From positions 123,566,001-123,630,000 of the forward strand of contig OX597818.1 in assembly GCA_951406725.2 (NCBI GenBank): 64,000 nucleotides of DNA, given 5' to 3'. The notes beneath the pieces were generated by a model. That model did not search any database and was not told the DNA's origin. It saw only the letters and a list, made by a program, of their open reading frames with translations. The translations under genes and the position numbers were made by a program. The stretch is from Octopus vulgaris (lineage: Eukaryota). Shown piece after piece: positions 1 through 12,766 of the stretch. The first letter of the stretch is position 1. Every line of letters starts with the position of its first letter.

Positions 1-245
1 TTGTAACTAATAGTGATAAACATGTAAAGGCAATTTACTTAATATTTATTTTTCACTGACGTTATTACTGTTATTTCTTTACTTTCTGCAAACAAAATGC
101 ACAAAAATGTTACACGTTTGCATTACGTTATAGGACGTTACCTTATACATTTTTACAAACCAAGGACGTTATAAAGACCTCCTTGACCCAAGTTAAAGAA
201 GGGGTGCGTATTATACACAAGGGCGGAATATACTCGATGATTTAC

Positions 246-249
<4 letters not shown>
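1..249. mobile_element. Right end of a pogo/Tc2-like DNA transposon
   Basis: ...GGGTGCGTATTATACAC...TATACTCGATGATTTACGG|TA terminus. Confidence 0.45.
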
Positions 250-285
<36 letters not shown>

Positions 286-345
286 CATACATACGTACAT
301 ATATATATATACATATACATATATACATACATGTATATATACACA

Positions 346-419
346 TCACGTGATCACGTGACCGACCAGACCATCAGATGTTGTTACACATCGCTGGTCA
401 CAATGCGTTCGCATTGTTT
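346..419 (-). mobile_element. Family E short retroposon, 3' part
   Basis: Identical to the 3' 74 nt of 42281-42397. Confidence 0.75.
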
Positions 420-995
420 CTTCGTGTTCGCCACCACAACCTCGCTTAGGCTTAGCAGCCCTTCCGGTTTGTTTTCACTTTTCTGTTTTTGTCCCCATTT
501 TGACCCTCCACAAGATCTCAAATTTTATTCAATTTGCTATGCGGGAGCAACTGTTTTATCGAAGGTGCATCTTGTCGAGAATTGCTCGAAATGCGGACAA
601 GAAAAACAGCCAACAGATGAAGGGTCGTTCCTTGTGTTGCTTGTCTTGTATTCCATTTGTTTCTTTCCTTACTTGCAAAACAAGCCCTTATTCCCTGTCC
701 ACGTACTTCGTATTATTTGTCGTTTATGTTTTGTGACGTCCTGTACCCACATATGGATAATATATATATATATTATTTATTTATAATATTTTGTGATTGA
801 ACGCCACGCATCCTTTTCAAAGTAAATTTTATCTTATATACAAATATATACATACACACATGGATGTATGTAATTATATACATACATATATGTATGTATA
901 CATACATATATATATATAGAGATATACATACATATATATACGTATATATACAAACATATATGTATATATGTACATATATATATATATATATATAC

Positions 996-1039
<44 letters not shown>

Positions 1040-1040
1040 A

Positions 1041-1084
<44 letters not shown>

Positions 1085-1107
1085 ATATATATATATATAT
1101 ATATATG

Positions 1108-1148
<41 letters not shown>

Positions 1149-1197
1149 TATATACACATACATACATATATATATATATATATACATATATATATAC

Positions 1198-1288
<91 letters not shown>

Positions 1289-3068
1289 CAATTTGAATTG
1301 AAAAATTAAATTCTCTAAATACAAATCCCCCTTTCAAAAAAAGCTGATGCAAGTACATCTGTGTTTGGGGAAAAAAGAACCCCATTTAATTTTTTTAATG
1401 TAATGAAAGCATTTTTGGCGGAATTGTTCTAACAATTTAAAATGCCTTTCATAATAAGTAGTCTCAACTGTTGGCGAAAAGTGTATAGGTTTTAGTTGCA
1501 ACATAATTTCAAATCCTTTGATGTTATATACTATTTCATAACTTCAAACATTTTGTATTGTGTATGATCTAGAAATTACGCTAGTTTAAATAGATAAAGT
1601 TTTTGAAAGTACGTTTATACTCGTGAGAGCAGTCAACTGGGTGAATAAAATAGCGAGATTGTAATATTTGGATAAGGGAAGCAGTGTCGATTTAGATGCT
1701 ATTTAGGCTGGATAAAGATAATATATTAGGCGTCGTAAAATAAGAATTCTTTTTTTTTTTTTTTAGAATATTCGTTTAATATTTTGTGATATTTTGTGTA
1801 TGTAAATGTTTTAAAATAAAGTTTAAGAAAATTTTTGTTATAGGTATGAAAACTATTTTACGAAGGACTAACTCCAACGACATCTTTTTTCTGTTTTTAC
1901 GTGGCTATGAATTGCTTTTTATATATATATTATTTCTGAAAGTGTCTATGAAGGTAAAATGTTTGGAAGAGAGACCATATAAGTGTAAGAAAATATTCTT
2001 AAATAAATGTTTTTGATATTTTATAGTTGATTAGAAAATTGAAGTATGTAGGAGTATAATTCTCATGGGGACAAGTGGAATTAACAGGGCTGTCTGGAAA
2101 ATTGCCAATATTGAAAGCAACCCCTTTCTTTCTCTTTTCAGAGCTTTCTCTCCTATTATTTACTCTTTCTTTCCTTTTTCGCCCGTTTAAGTAACAACAT
2201 AAAAATGATATATTTAAAACGTGTGTCATTATAATTTCCTAATTCGAAAGACAGAGTTACAGTAATAGAGAATATTTTCAATCTCATAACCTTTTTCCCT
2301 CTGTGCGTGTGTGTGTGTCTGTCTGTCTTTCTGTCTGTCTGTCAGTGTGTGTGAATCTTTTATGAGGTTTGAAAATATTCTTAATTAACATAATTTTATT
2401 TTTACCTTTACTTTTAAAAGTATACATACAAATATGTGTGTTTATGTATTATAAACAGGTATTCTCACGTTACGACTATCTCAGATTACGAAATATCGCG
2501 CTTTCGTAAATTGTAAATTTCAGAACACGTTCTGTAATTTCGCCATTACGGAAACTTGCATAAAATTAACAATATATGACTTACACTTCCTTCTTAGCCA
2601 AAAGGTTGTCGCTTTTCCGCATTTTAACCTAATTTCAACTCTAGCTAAAATTTTGAAAAAATATGTATTTATCTATCTACGTGTGTGTGTGTGTGTGTGT
2701 GTACAGACCCGCATATATATATATACACATATACATATACACATATACATACATGCGCGCGAAGAAACACACACATACACACACATACATACAAGCATAC
2801 ATACATACATACATACATACATGCATGCATGCATACATACATACATACATACATACATGCATGCATGCATACATACATACATACATACATACATACATAC
2901 ATACATACATACATACATACATACATACACGAACACCAGTATTAATCATTTTTGCCAGCTGAGTGGAATAAAAGCATTTGAAGAGAAATATGTTAAAAAT
3001 AAGGGTTGTAATATTGTAGTGCTAGAAGGCTCTTATCACAGTAGTCAACATCTAGTAGTCAAAGGTGA

Positions 3069-3673
3069 GGCGGCGAGCTGGCAGAAACGTTAGCACGCCG
3101 GGCGAAATGCTTAGCAGTATTTCGGCTGCCGCTACGTTCTGAGTTCAAATTCCGCCGAGGTCGACTTTGCCTTTCATCCTTTCGAGGTCGATTAAATAAG
3201 TACCAGTTACACACTGGGGTCGATATAATCGACTTAATCCGTTTGTCTGTCCTTGTTTGTCCTCTCTGTGTTTAGCCCCTTGTGGGTAGTAAAGAAATAG
3301 AAATAGGTATTTCGTCTGCCGTTACGCTCTGAGTTCAAATTCCGCCGAGGTCGACTTTGCCTTTCATCCTTTCGAGGTCGATGAATTAAGTACCAGTTAC
3401 GCACTGGGGTCGATGTAATCGACTTAATACGTTTGTCTGTCCTTGTTTGTCCCCTCTATGTTTAGCCCCTTGTGGGTAATAAAGAAATAGGTATTTCGTC
3501 TGCCGTTACTCTCTGAGTTCAAATTCCGCCGGGGTCGACTTTGCCTTTCATCCCTTCGAGGTCGATGGATTACGTACCAGTTACGCACTGGAGTCGATGT
3601 AATTGACTTAATCCGTTTGTCTGTCCTTGTTTGTCCCCGCTGCGTTTAGCCCCTAGTGGGCAATAAAGAAATA
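3069..3673 (+). mobile_element. SINE family C, head plus three tandem ~185-bp bodies
   Basis: GGCGGCGAGCTGGCAGAA head, GAGTTCAAATTCC B box, and the conserved GCCTTTCATCCTTTCGAGGTCGA..AAGTACCAG core repeated three times. Confidence 0.88.
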
Positions 3674-6130
3674 ACTGTGTGAAGGTGAATTAATGTGAGT
3701 ATTAGAGGTACTAGCTTCTGTCTTATAATTCGTCATCAATATCTATTTGAAAGGCGAAGAACTTATCGAAAACTGTTCGATCTTTATACCATATCATCTC
3801 TTTGTACAACTCACTGTAGAAACTGAACTTATTGTAAGCTCCCCTTGTAAAGTCTATATTATGTTAACAATTAAGACTGTTATTAGCAAAAAATTGCAGA
3901 CCTATAAATGCCAGCCCTCTAGCAATATTCTTTGTAGTCAGTTTAAGTGGAGTTGGTGAAATATCCGCATTCTCATCTACATTCTCAGTTTGAATTTATT
4001 TTTGTGTTTACATTTAAAGCCGAATTCCACAGCTACAATTATTACATTTAAGTTCGCTGCTGTTACTGTTGTTACAGTGTTTGTTTGGTAGATGTTAGCA
4101 ATTTACCCTCTTAACATTGGTGTTATTACTACGAGTTTCGTTACTGTTCAACTCAATCAGTAATCAGGTTTTAACAAATGGTACACTTTCACAAACGGTT
4201 GTTTTTCCTATCTTTAACTATTAGAGTGAGATTGGGAGAAATTTACACCATTATTGTTGAAACTACAACTGTTAGATATTTTCTTTCGAATGATATTATT
4301 TTTAGTCCAAATTTAAGTTTAGAGATGTTATCAGCTGTGTTAGGCGTTCTGGAGTATAAGAGTAAAGTTATCGAAAATTTAGTGATACCGAACAGTGAAA
4401 CAGTTGAGATTCTATTGGCCAGAAAGGGTGGTTTTTTTTCAAATCATTTCATGTGATGTTTTAGCTCTGTTAGTTTTTTTTTGTTTTTTTTTTTGTTTTA
4501 CAAGAGAAGCATTGAGTATTATACCATGCGATATTTCGTTTACTACTTTTTCTTCCATTAATTTTAATTTTGAGGATGAGATGTAAAATATCCTTTTTCG
4601 GATGTAAAATATCCTTTTTCGGATTAGAAACTACGCAGAATGACAACGAGAAACATTGCTGCGAAAAGATCCTTTAAATCCGAAGCCGTTAGTTATTATT
4701 GTTATCATTATTGGTATTATTATTATTTGAATTGTAATTACTGCTTCGTGTGCTATTGCTAGTATGACTATTAATTATATCTCTAGCATTGCTAGTAATT
4801 TTATGTGCAACATTTAATTGGGGCTTACGCTAATACTTTCAATTATCTTTCTATTGCTAATAGTTATAGGTCCATGTTTAATTCTGATTTTGTCATTACC
4901 ATCTTTCATCACACTATCATCATGCTTTGAGTTAGCGTTTCTAAGGAATTCAATAAAATTATGTCCATTTATCTTTGCTTGTCTTCTTATTATACTTCTT
5001 TGGGGTATCGTTATTTGGAGAATTAGTCCTATGTTTAACGTTATTTAAATTTTCCATGTTATAATCTGTCTTCGAGTGTTCACTATTTGAAGATAAAGTG
5101 TTATTAGTATTTAGTTCCCTAGGTTTATTTATCCTCAGAGTTAGGTTTAAATAATTGATGTCAGATGTACACGTAGGCTATTTTTCTTTGAATCAACTGC
5201 ACATCTTTTTTAGTGGTCCATTATGATAGTTGATATTATTTTGGAATATTTTGTCTTTAGCTGACAGTTTAAAGATTTTAATGAAAATATTTCTAATTAG
5301 ATTATTGATAATATATTTAGGAAGATTAGATGATTTGTGAATGCAGTGTAGGATTTTAAAATTTGTACTATGGTTAGTATAAGTTGATATTAATGACGAG
5401 AATTACATCTAGAACAGTTACACTTTTAGTGATCATTTCCAAAGAATTAAATTAAACTTTTTGAAAACTCCATAAAGACCCTTGCAAAACCGTTCCAAGG
5501 CTGAAGAGTTAGAGTTAGTTACAACATAAACAATCCTTCACCATCTTCTCGGAATGCACCCTTTAATTGGTATCATAGAAATAAACCAACGAATTCTCTG
5601 GCTTGGTTGGAATCGGAAGATTACTTCAATGTACCAAATCCATCATCATTTTTGAAATCGGGAACAGAATTTAACTCTTCTTATCTGAAAGCTACATATT
5701 AATACTACAGTACCTTCCTATCTACGATTTGTGTCGTGCTAGAGGAAGTAACTCAAATAGAGTAAAGATACACTATTGATAGTTACGGTACTGGTGGCGA
5801 TGGATGCACTAGTGGTGAGGTTGTTAATAAGAGTTAATGTAATAAGACAGACAGACAGAAGAAAAGTCAGTATTCACATAAGGGAGACAGAAAAAGCATA
5901 AAAGAAAAAGAGAGAAAGTATTCCAGAGAAAAGAGTATAGAAATGATAATGGCAAACGGTTGTGGTGGCAGTGGTGACGATGTTTATTTGTTGTTTGTGT
6001 CAGCCACATTTTTTGGTAGTCGTGGTAATGGAGTCGACGATATTGCTCTACAAGGCGACGGTTTGAATAAACTGATTGAATAAACTGGTCGGCATTTGAA
6101 TATTGCTTTATAGAATGCCTATTGGAAGAC

Positions 6131-6517
6131 TGGAGGCGCAATGGCCCAGTGGTTAGGGCAGCGGACTCGCGGTCATAGGATCGCGGTTTCGATTCCCAGA
6201 CCGGGCGTTGTGACTGTTTATTGAGCGAAAACACCTAAAGCTCCACGAGGCTCCGGCAGGGGATGGTGGTGATCCCTGCTGTACTCTTTCACCACAACTT
6301 TCTTTCACTCTTACTTCCTGTTTCTGTTGTACCTGTATTTCAAAGGACCGGCCTTGTCACTCTCTGTGTCACGCTGAATATCCACGAGAACTACGTTACG
6401 AGTACACGTGTCTGTGGAGTGCTCAGCCACTTACACGTTAATTTCACGAGCAGGCTGTTCCGTCGATTCGGATCAACCGGAACCCTCGTCGTCGTAACCG
6501 ACGGAGTGCTTCCATCC
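6131..6517 (+). mobile_element. tRNA-derived SINE family A (tRNA-Arg-like head)
   Basis: A box TGGCCCAGTGG, B box GTTTCGATTCC, (TCCA) tail. TSD ATTGGAAGACTG at 6121-6132 and 6518-6529. Four near-identical copies in the window. Confidence 0.9.
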
Positions 6518-7163
6518 ATTGGAAGACTGCTGAAACAGCATCGAACCATTGCTTTGCATCGTAAACAACGACAAATTTTTTGGTTAAACACATCCTGTCT
6601 ACTGGAGATTTAACAATCAAGTTGACTTTCTCAAATAACACTACATCTCCGCGTAACGCACATATACACACTGAGAAATGCCATTCTGTGCACGTTAGCA
6701 CCACCCCATCTCCAAAACACATACTGCTCATCAACCAAATCCACTCATATATTAATGTGAGTTTGCGTGTGTAATAAAGTTGCGTGTATGTGGTAAATGC
6801 AACATACAGAATCCATAATATCTACTACCATTTTTGAAGCATAGATCTGTTTTTTCTGTAAATAACACCGCTTTTCACGTAATTTTTTTCCTCTTACCTT
6901 TTTCTTCAATGTTCTTCACAGCAGACCACTGTCTGAAATGTTGAAGCTTTACTTCCCTCTCACGATGTAATTCTATACGCTATGCACTTGTTTATTGATT
7001 GTTTGTTTGTTTTTTGTATTGTTGGGTCTGTCGCGAGACAGTTCTGGAGATCCTATCATATGCTGATCCAGAACAATCAGATTATCACAAGTTTCATACA
7101 AAATATATTATAATTCTCATGGGTTTAGTACGAATTAAAGATTTGTCATTGAATACAGTATAA

Positions 7164-7576
7164 GGCGCAGGAGTGGCTGTTTGGTAAGTAGCTTGCTAAC
7201 CAACCACATGTTTCCGGGTTCAGTCCCACTGCGTGGCATCTTGGGCACGTGTCTTCTGCTATAGCCCCGGGCCGACCAATGCCTTGTGAGTGGATTTGGT
7301 AGACGGAAACTGAAAGAAGCCTGTCGTATATATATATATATATATATAAGTGTGTGTGAATATGTTTGTGTGTCTGTGTTTGTTCCCCTAGCATTGCTTG
7401 ACAACTGATGCTGGTTTGTTTACGTCCCCGTCACTTAGCGGTTCGGCAAAAGAGACCGATAGAATAAGTACTGGGCTTACAAAGAATAAGTCCCGGGGTC
7501 GATTTGCTCGACTAAAGGCGGTGCTCCAGCATGGCCGCAGTCAAATGACTGAAACAAGTAAAAAGAGTAAGAAAAG
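7164..7576 (+). mobile_element. SINE family B (tRNA-like head, internal (TA)n(TG)n, CR1-like 3' end)
   Basis: GGCGCAGGAGTGGCTG...GGTTCAGTCCC head, (AAGAGT)-rich tail, TSD AGTATAA at 7157-7163 and 7577-7583. Confidence 0.88.
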
Positions 7577-7611
7577 AGTATAACTAAATTACTTCCGTTT
7601 TCTATTAATAG

Positions 7612-7745
7612 GACCAATATTAACGAAACCTCAGGTCCAATGACAGATCGTAAGAAAGCAGACGCAGCAGAAGATAAGCGTAATTACACTCGTCCGAAGT
7701 CCTTTATATACGATTTATGTATTCTTGGTCCTATTGATGTCGTAG
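7612..7745 (+). CDS. Internal exon of a cyclic-nucleotide-binding-domain-like gene (TNINETSGPMTDRKKADAAEDKRNYTRPKSFIYDLCILGPIDVV-G)
   Basis: Pyrimidine tract + AG acceptor (ttccgttttctattaatag), strong donor G|GTGAGT at 7745/7746, 134 nt open frame. The final G completes a Gly codon with the first GA of the exon at 20520, giving DLCILGPIDVVGDIEVL. Confidence 0.8.
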
Positions 7746-8324
7746 GTGAGTTGTCCTTTTAAATTGTATTTGTAGGGAGAGTTATATATACACATGTAGT
7801 TACCATAATATTTTTGTTCATGTGTTGAATTAGTAACGCTACAAATGTGACGTTGATGAAGGTGTCTTAGGCCAGGACAAGATTCAACGGAGTAAGATCT
7901 TTCATCAGCGCGACTGTATAGCTTAATTCATTTTATTTAAGCTATCTTCCTGAGATAATCGTGAATCTGAGACAATCTCATACTTCTTTGCTTGTGACTA
8001 AATTAGAAATCGATATGAATTAGTATCAAAATTATTTATTCAAAACATTTAACATAAAATTATGATGTAACAGAGAGCTTGTGATTTGTTTGACATATGC
8101 TTCAATACTAAAAGTGACAAGTTTGTTGTGGTGTGGAAGCGTTCATCTTGAATATTAAATTACTCGTTGGAATATACCGCCCTGGATCAAAACTTTGAAT
8201 ACACTGATAAATGTAAGGTTTTATACTGTAATTGATGATGTAAATGAAAACAAAGAATGATTTTTAAAACTAAAACAGGTAGATAACCAGAGAGCACTTT
8301 ACAAGGTACACATATCAATGTTAT

Positions 8325-8672
8325 CACTTTGATCACTTTGACCGACCAGTCCGTCAGGCGTCCATTTGACACCGCTGGTCACAGCACGCTGTCCACTCCT
8401 CTCTGGATCGCGCCTTTCTCATCCACGTGACCCCAATCGTCCTCTTGAAATCGTCACTCCACCGTCGTGGTGGTCTTCCGGGTGGTCTTTTCCGCTTGGT
8501 ATCTCGTTGAGAGAGCACATAAATAGCAACATCATCAGAAAGAAGTCCGGCGTGAGAGATATCATCGCAGAGTATACTCGCAGCAAGTATAGATGGGCTG
8601 GACACGTCGCCCGGCTCACCGATAATCGGTGGACGCACGCAGATGTCGAGTGGTACCCGCGTGAGCGGAAAA
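8325..8672 (-). mobile_element. RTE-clade LINE 3' fragment with inverted 5' part and 13-bp TSD
   Basis: The minus strand 8354-8496 encodes KRPPGRPPRRWSDDF...W. The plus strand 8497-8672 encodes the preceding ...RWAGHVARLTDNRWT...WYPRERK. Tail (CAAAGTGAT)2; TSD ATATCAATGTTAT at 8312-8324 and 8673-8685. Confidence 0.9.
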
Positions 8673-8709
8673 ATATCAATGTTATATCACTAAATATTTA
8701 ATATGGTAA

Positions 8710-9400
8710 CCTTTATACTGCAGAATTCGGTCATGCATACTTTTGACCAAATTTTTGCTGTAATTTCCGAAATTGTAATCCGAAATTGATGAAGTATAAT
8801 AAGCAGTAGTTTTCTTTTCTATATAATTGCATGTATTTACGATAGTATTGTGTGTATTTACTCAATATAGTAACATCATTAGCTGCTTTCGTGCATTTTG
8901 CAGAATAACAATGTATACCGTCTTGGAAGAATATAATGCAATTATAGATGGTCATATAAGTAGAAACACTTTTCTTCAGAGTACCTAGATAATATTTTGA
9001 GTTAATGGAGACATTATCCAAAAACAAACTCTTCCATTTGCAGAAATGCCCCACCCCATTTTCTAATAGTTAGGCATCACTTGATTCCTGAAAATGTGTG
9101 CATGGGATGTAGCATGAGACAAAATTACTTACTGGCGGTTTCGTCATTAAACATTGCTTTAAGCCAATCCCTCTTAGTTCAATTTTTACGATCTCAGATA
9201 AATTGCGGTTGATCCTGGATGTCTTTCAATGATAAGCCTGTTATATTTTCACGTTGAACGTTTTTCTGCTGCAAAACTAAGTCTTGTTACAAATGATGTC
9301 TTATTGTCTAAATATTGCATTTTGTTGAAGCCGGCAGAGTTATTGTAGATGTAAAAAGAGGTATTGTAGATGTAACAAGACAATAAATCGTATGATCAAA
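8710..9400 (-). mobile_element. Highly decayed Tc1-like transposase relic
   Basis: INSKYY...L...IFFQDGIHCYSAK resembles the Tc1 FQQDGAPCH region. Boundaries are approximate. Confidence 0.45.
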
Positions 9401-10235
9401 TTTGAAGAGTTGTGGCTCGAGGGCTTTCTAATTTGCTAAATGATTTGTATCCACCTATCAGACAAAATAGAGACCAAACTATCAAGATCCACCAAGAAAT
9501 ATATTCAGCTGGATTGATATCTGCCTAACACGAATTCATTATGTAAAACAAAATTACAGTCCCTTTACTCAGATGACAATTCTATAGACCTATAAAATAT
9601 AGCAGTACCCTGTAGTATTTCATATGTCAACTAGATATGAAACAATAATTCATGATTCGTATTTCATACTGCCTAAATGAAATTATTTACAAATATCAAG
9701 TAGTTATATAGTTTTTATTTTATATATGACACATTTAGTAAAATACTTTTATTCAGGCTTTTGACCAGGACAGATACAGTTTATACAAGGATAACAATCA
9801 GTACATGATGTTAGTGATGACAGCATTAAGATTCTTTAATACATAGGTGTTTGAGTGTTGTTTCGTCTAGAATACCTTTCCTTACATATATATTCATAGT
9901 TTTCCGGTTTGTAATAACCTAACATTTATCTTTATACTGATTAGTCATTAAATAATAAATAACTTTATTAACCAGATGTTTCAATTTATATTCAGTCATT
10001 CAAAGCACACTTTTAGAGAGATTTTTTATTTGTGTTCATTATATTAATACACGATGTGTTATGACATCTGCAGCTGTTATACAGTCTTGAAAATTTGTAT
10101 ACAACATTGTTCTTTGTTTTAGTATTAAAATTAGTCTTCTTAAAATTTGCAATATTTTTAGTAGTTGCTTGTCTGAACTAAAAGAAACTTACACTTCATG
10201 ATCACCTACAGCCATAAATTTGATACGAAGTATAC

Positions 10236-10495
<260 letters not shown>

Positions 10496-11077
10496 TATTT
10501 TTTCTTTATTGACCACAGGGGCCCAAATATATTGTGCAAAGTATATGATATTAAAAGTGTTACAAAAAGGGGGAAGTACGAATATAATAAATGGAATATT
10601 TAGGAAAATCATAATACAATTTATTAAAACAGGTTAAAAATTTAATGCACAATACATAAATAGAACAGAAGAAGCCACCCAGGGAATATTAACACACCCG
10701 ACGACTTTCAATACTTATCTTTACGACCACTTCCTACGGCTTGCTACATTCATAATTGACCATTTTGGCCAAAATGCAAAAATCCCATGTTTCACCTATT
10801 GATAGATTATAGGTGTGTTTTCCATAATTTCTATCGTAACATATCGAGGTTATTCTTACCGTCAATCAGCATAGTAATTTTCTTGCTCTGCTTCGTATCT
10901 TTCAGCAAAATTCATCCCAATTTTGTTACTGATTTGGATAACAGTAAAGCTGGTGTGCCCCGAGGGGACAGACATGTTCTACATTCTGCTTACTTTTAGT
11001 CCGAGGTCATTCATAATTTTATTCTGCCTTCTTTCTGTTCTTTCTATTTCAAGTGGTATCTCCCTGAGATCCTCGGG

Positions 11078-11406
11078 GATCCCCTTCAGTCATGAATGAC
11101 CATGGCATTGCACCTACAAAGTTATTCTCCGAGGCAGAAGTCCGGGCAAGGTTGTTTATGGAAGACCAGCAGTCGCCCATACATACCAGCCTCCCCTCTC
11201 CACGCCACCGATGTTACCCAAGGGAAAGGCAAAGGCCGATACAGCTTGGTACCAGTGACGTCGAAACTCATTTCTACAGCTGAGTAAACTGATGCAACGT
11301 GAAATAAAGTGTCTTCCTCAAGAACACAACACGCAGCCCGGTCCGGGAATCGAACTCACAACCTCACGATCGTAAGCTCGACGCTCTGACCACTGAACCA
11401 TGCGCC
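11078..11406 (-). mobile_element. tRNA-derived CORE-like SINE (family D)
   Basis: GGCGCATGGTTCAGTGG...GAGTTCGATTCCC head followed by CORE-like GTGTTCTTGAGGAAGACACTTTATTTC...CAGCTGTAGAAATGAG. Confidence 0.78.
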
Positions 11407-12438
11407 CTGAGCTTCTAGTAGTAAACATTAAACAGTTCCTAGATTAACGAACAGTTTTATAGCTGCGTATAACTTCTATGTTCTAAATAATCGAAATGAA
11501 TCACTTTATCTGCTATTTTATCATTTCCGTCTTTCTTGCAATCAGTTTAAAAAGTCTATAAATTGGTAATTTGCTATTCGAAATATAGTGACTGGCTCCT
11601 CTTCCTACGTTTTAGTCTGTTATTATTTTATGTATTTTTTCTTCTGAAACCTTTTTTTTATTTCTTCACTGTCTTCTGGAGTTTTCCTTTGCGTTTTCTG
11701 TCCTTCAAATTGACGTCTGACGATGGCGGTTTGGCACTATTGCTAGTATCCGAGCGAGCTCAAACAGATTCCATTTTTTTTCTTTTCATTTTTGTTACTG
11801 GGACAGAATACAAAAGTGGTTGTGATTTTTTTTGTCTTTTACAACAATATCCGGCTTATTAGCTTTGATGATTCTGTCTGTAAGTACAAGAAAGTCCCAA
11901 AGAGTCGTTACACTTTTCCCTTCAGCTAGAGTCTCACGGTGGTGCTTACACCACTTGTCAACAGTTTTGATTTTTATAATGCTAACATATTAACCAGTGT
12001 AGATACTGGTCAACTGTCATATTTTGATTGTGCCAAAACTTTAATTCCAGATATTAAGTCGTCCACTGTTTCAATCTCTTCCGGCACTTTGGATCTACTT
12101 CATTTTAGTTCTGGGTCAATAAGCTTTCATCTCGAGCAGCTACGATGAAGTTTTTACTCTCTACCTTTAGCTCTGGGCTTCGTAATGGTCAACATCAGAT
12201 TGTTTGCCACTGGCCACACATTTACCATACAGAGGTTTCTGCCCCATCTAGTTGCCAACTGTCCATGCAATTTTTTCTTTGCCATTAATTTTACTTTCTT
12301 TACAACAACAGTTGTCACATTATACTTGTCACATTAGGTATACACATTATACCTAATTCTAGCAGGTGGTGCTATTAAGTTAGACTATCTTTGGTGGAAA
12401 CATATCTAAATTTTATGTAAGTTTTATATAGATATATG

Positions 12439-12484
<46 letters not shown>

Positions 12485-12511
12485 AGAGAGAGACATATAT
12501 ATGTGTATATA

Positions 12512-12554
<43 letters not shown>

Positions 12555-12713
12555 TATATATATATATAATGTATATAATACATATATAATATATATATAT
12601 AAATATAATGTATAGATATATATATATAGAGAGAGAGACATATATATGTATACATATATATAAAGATATATATATATATAAAGATTATATATATAATATA
12701 TATTTAATATATA

Positions 12714-12766
<53 letters not shown>

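Noticed and set aside
3069-3673. Regularly spaced repeats resembling a CRISPR array
   Set aside because: Whole ~185-bp units repeat with no unique spacers. It is a SINE multimer in eukaryotic DNA with no cas genes.
3680-6120. AT-rich stretches that look like decayed ORFs (also ~12900-14620, 26400-26700, 47360-48600)
   Set aside because: Possibly old PLE/LINE coding remnants (LKFGLK and FNLGLN words), but too degraded to call without a profile search.
6131-6205. tRNA-like sequences (also ~11335-11406 and other SINE heads)
   Set aside because: They continue into SINE bodies, several with TSDs, and lack a proper acceptor stem, so they are not tRNA genes.
6263-6613. Recurrent ORF MVVIPAVLFHHNFLSLLL... 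in four places, resembling a gene family with a signal peptide
   Set aside because: It starts within SINE family A copies each time and its length varies.
7850-7915. Hairpin containing CTGATGA on the minus strand (and CTGATGG...GAAACTTGTC at ~47432)
   Set aside because: There is no correctly placed GAAA/NUH or no helix I pairing, so they were not counted as hammerheads.
12363-12385. 23-nt exact match to the 3' UTR of the 31.3-kb LINE
   Set aside because: Too short to define an element. Probably a tiny relic, with no tail or TSD seen.
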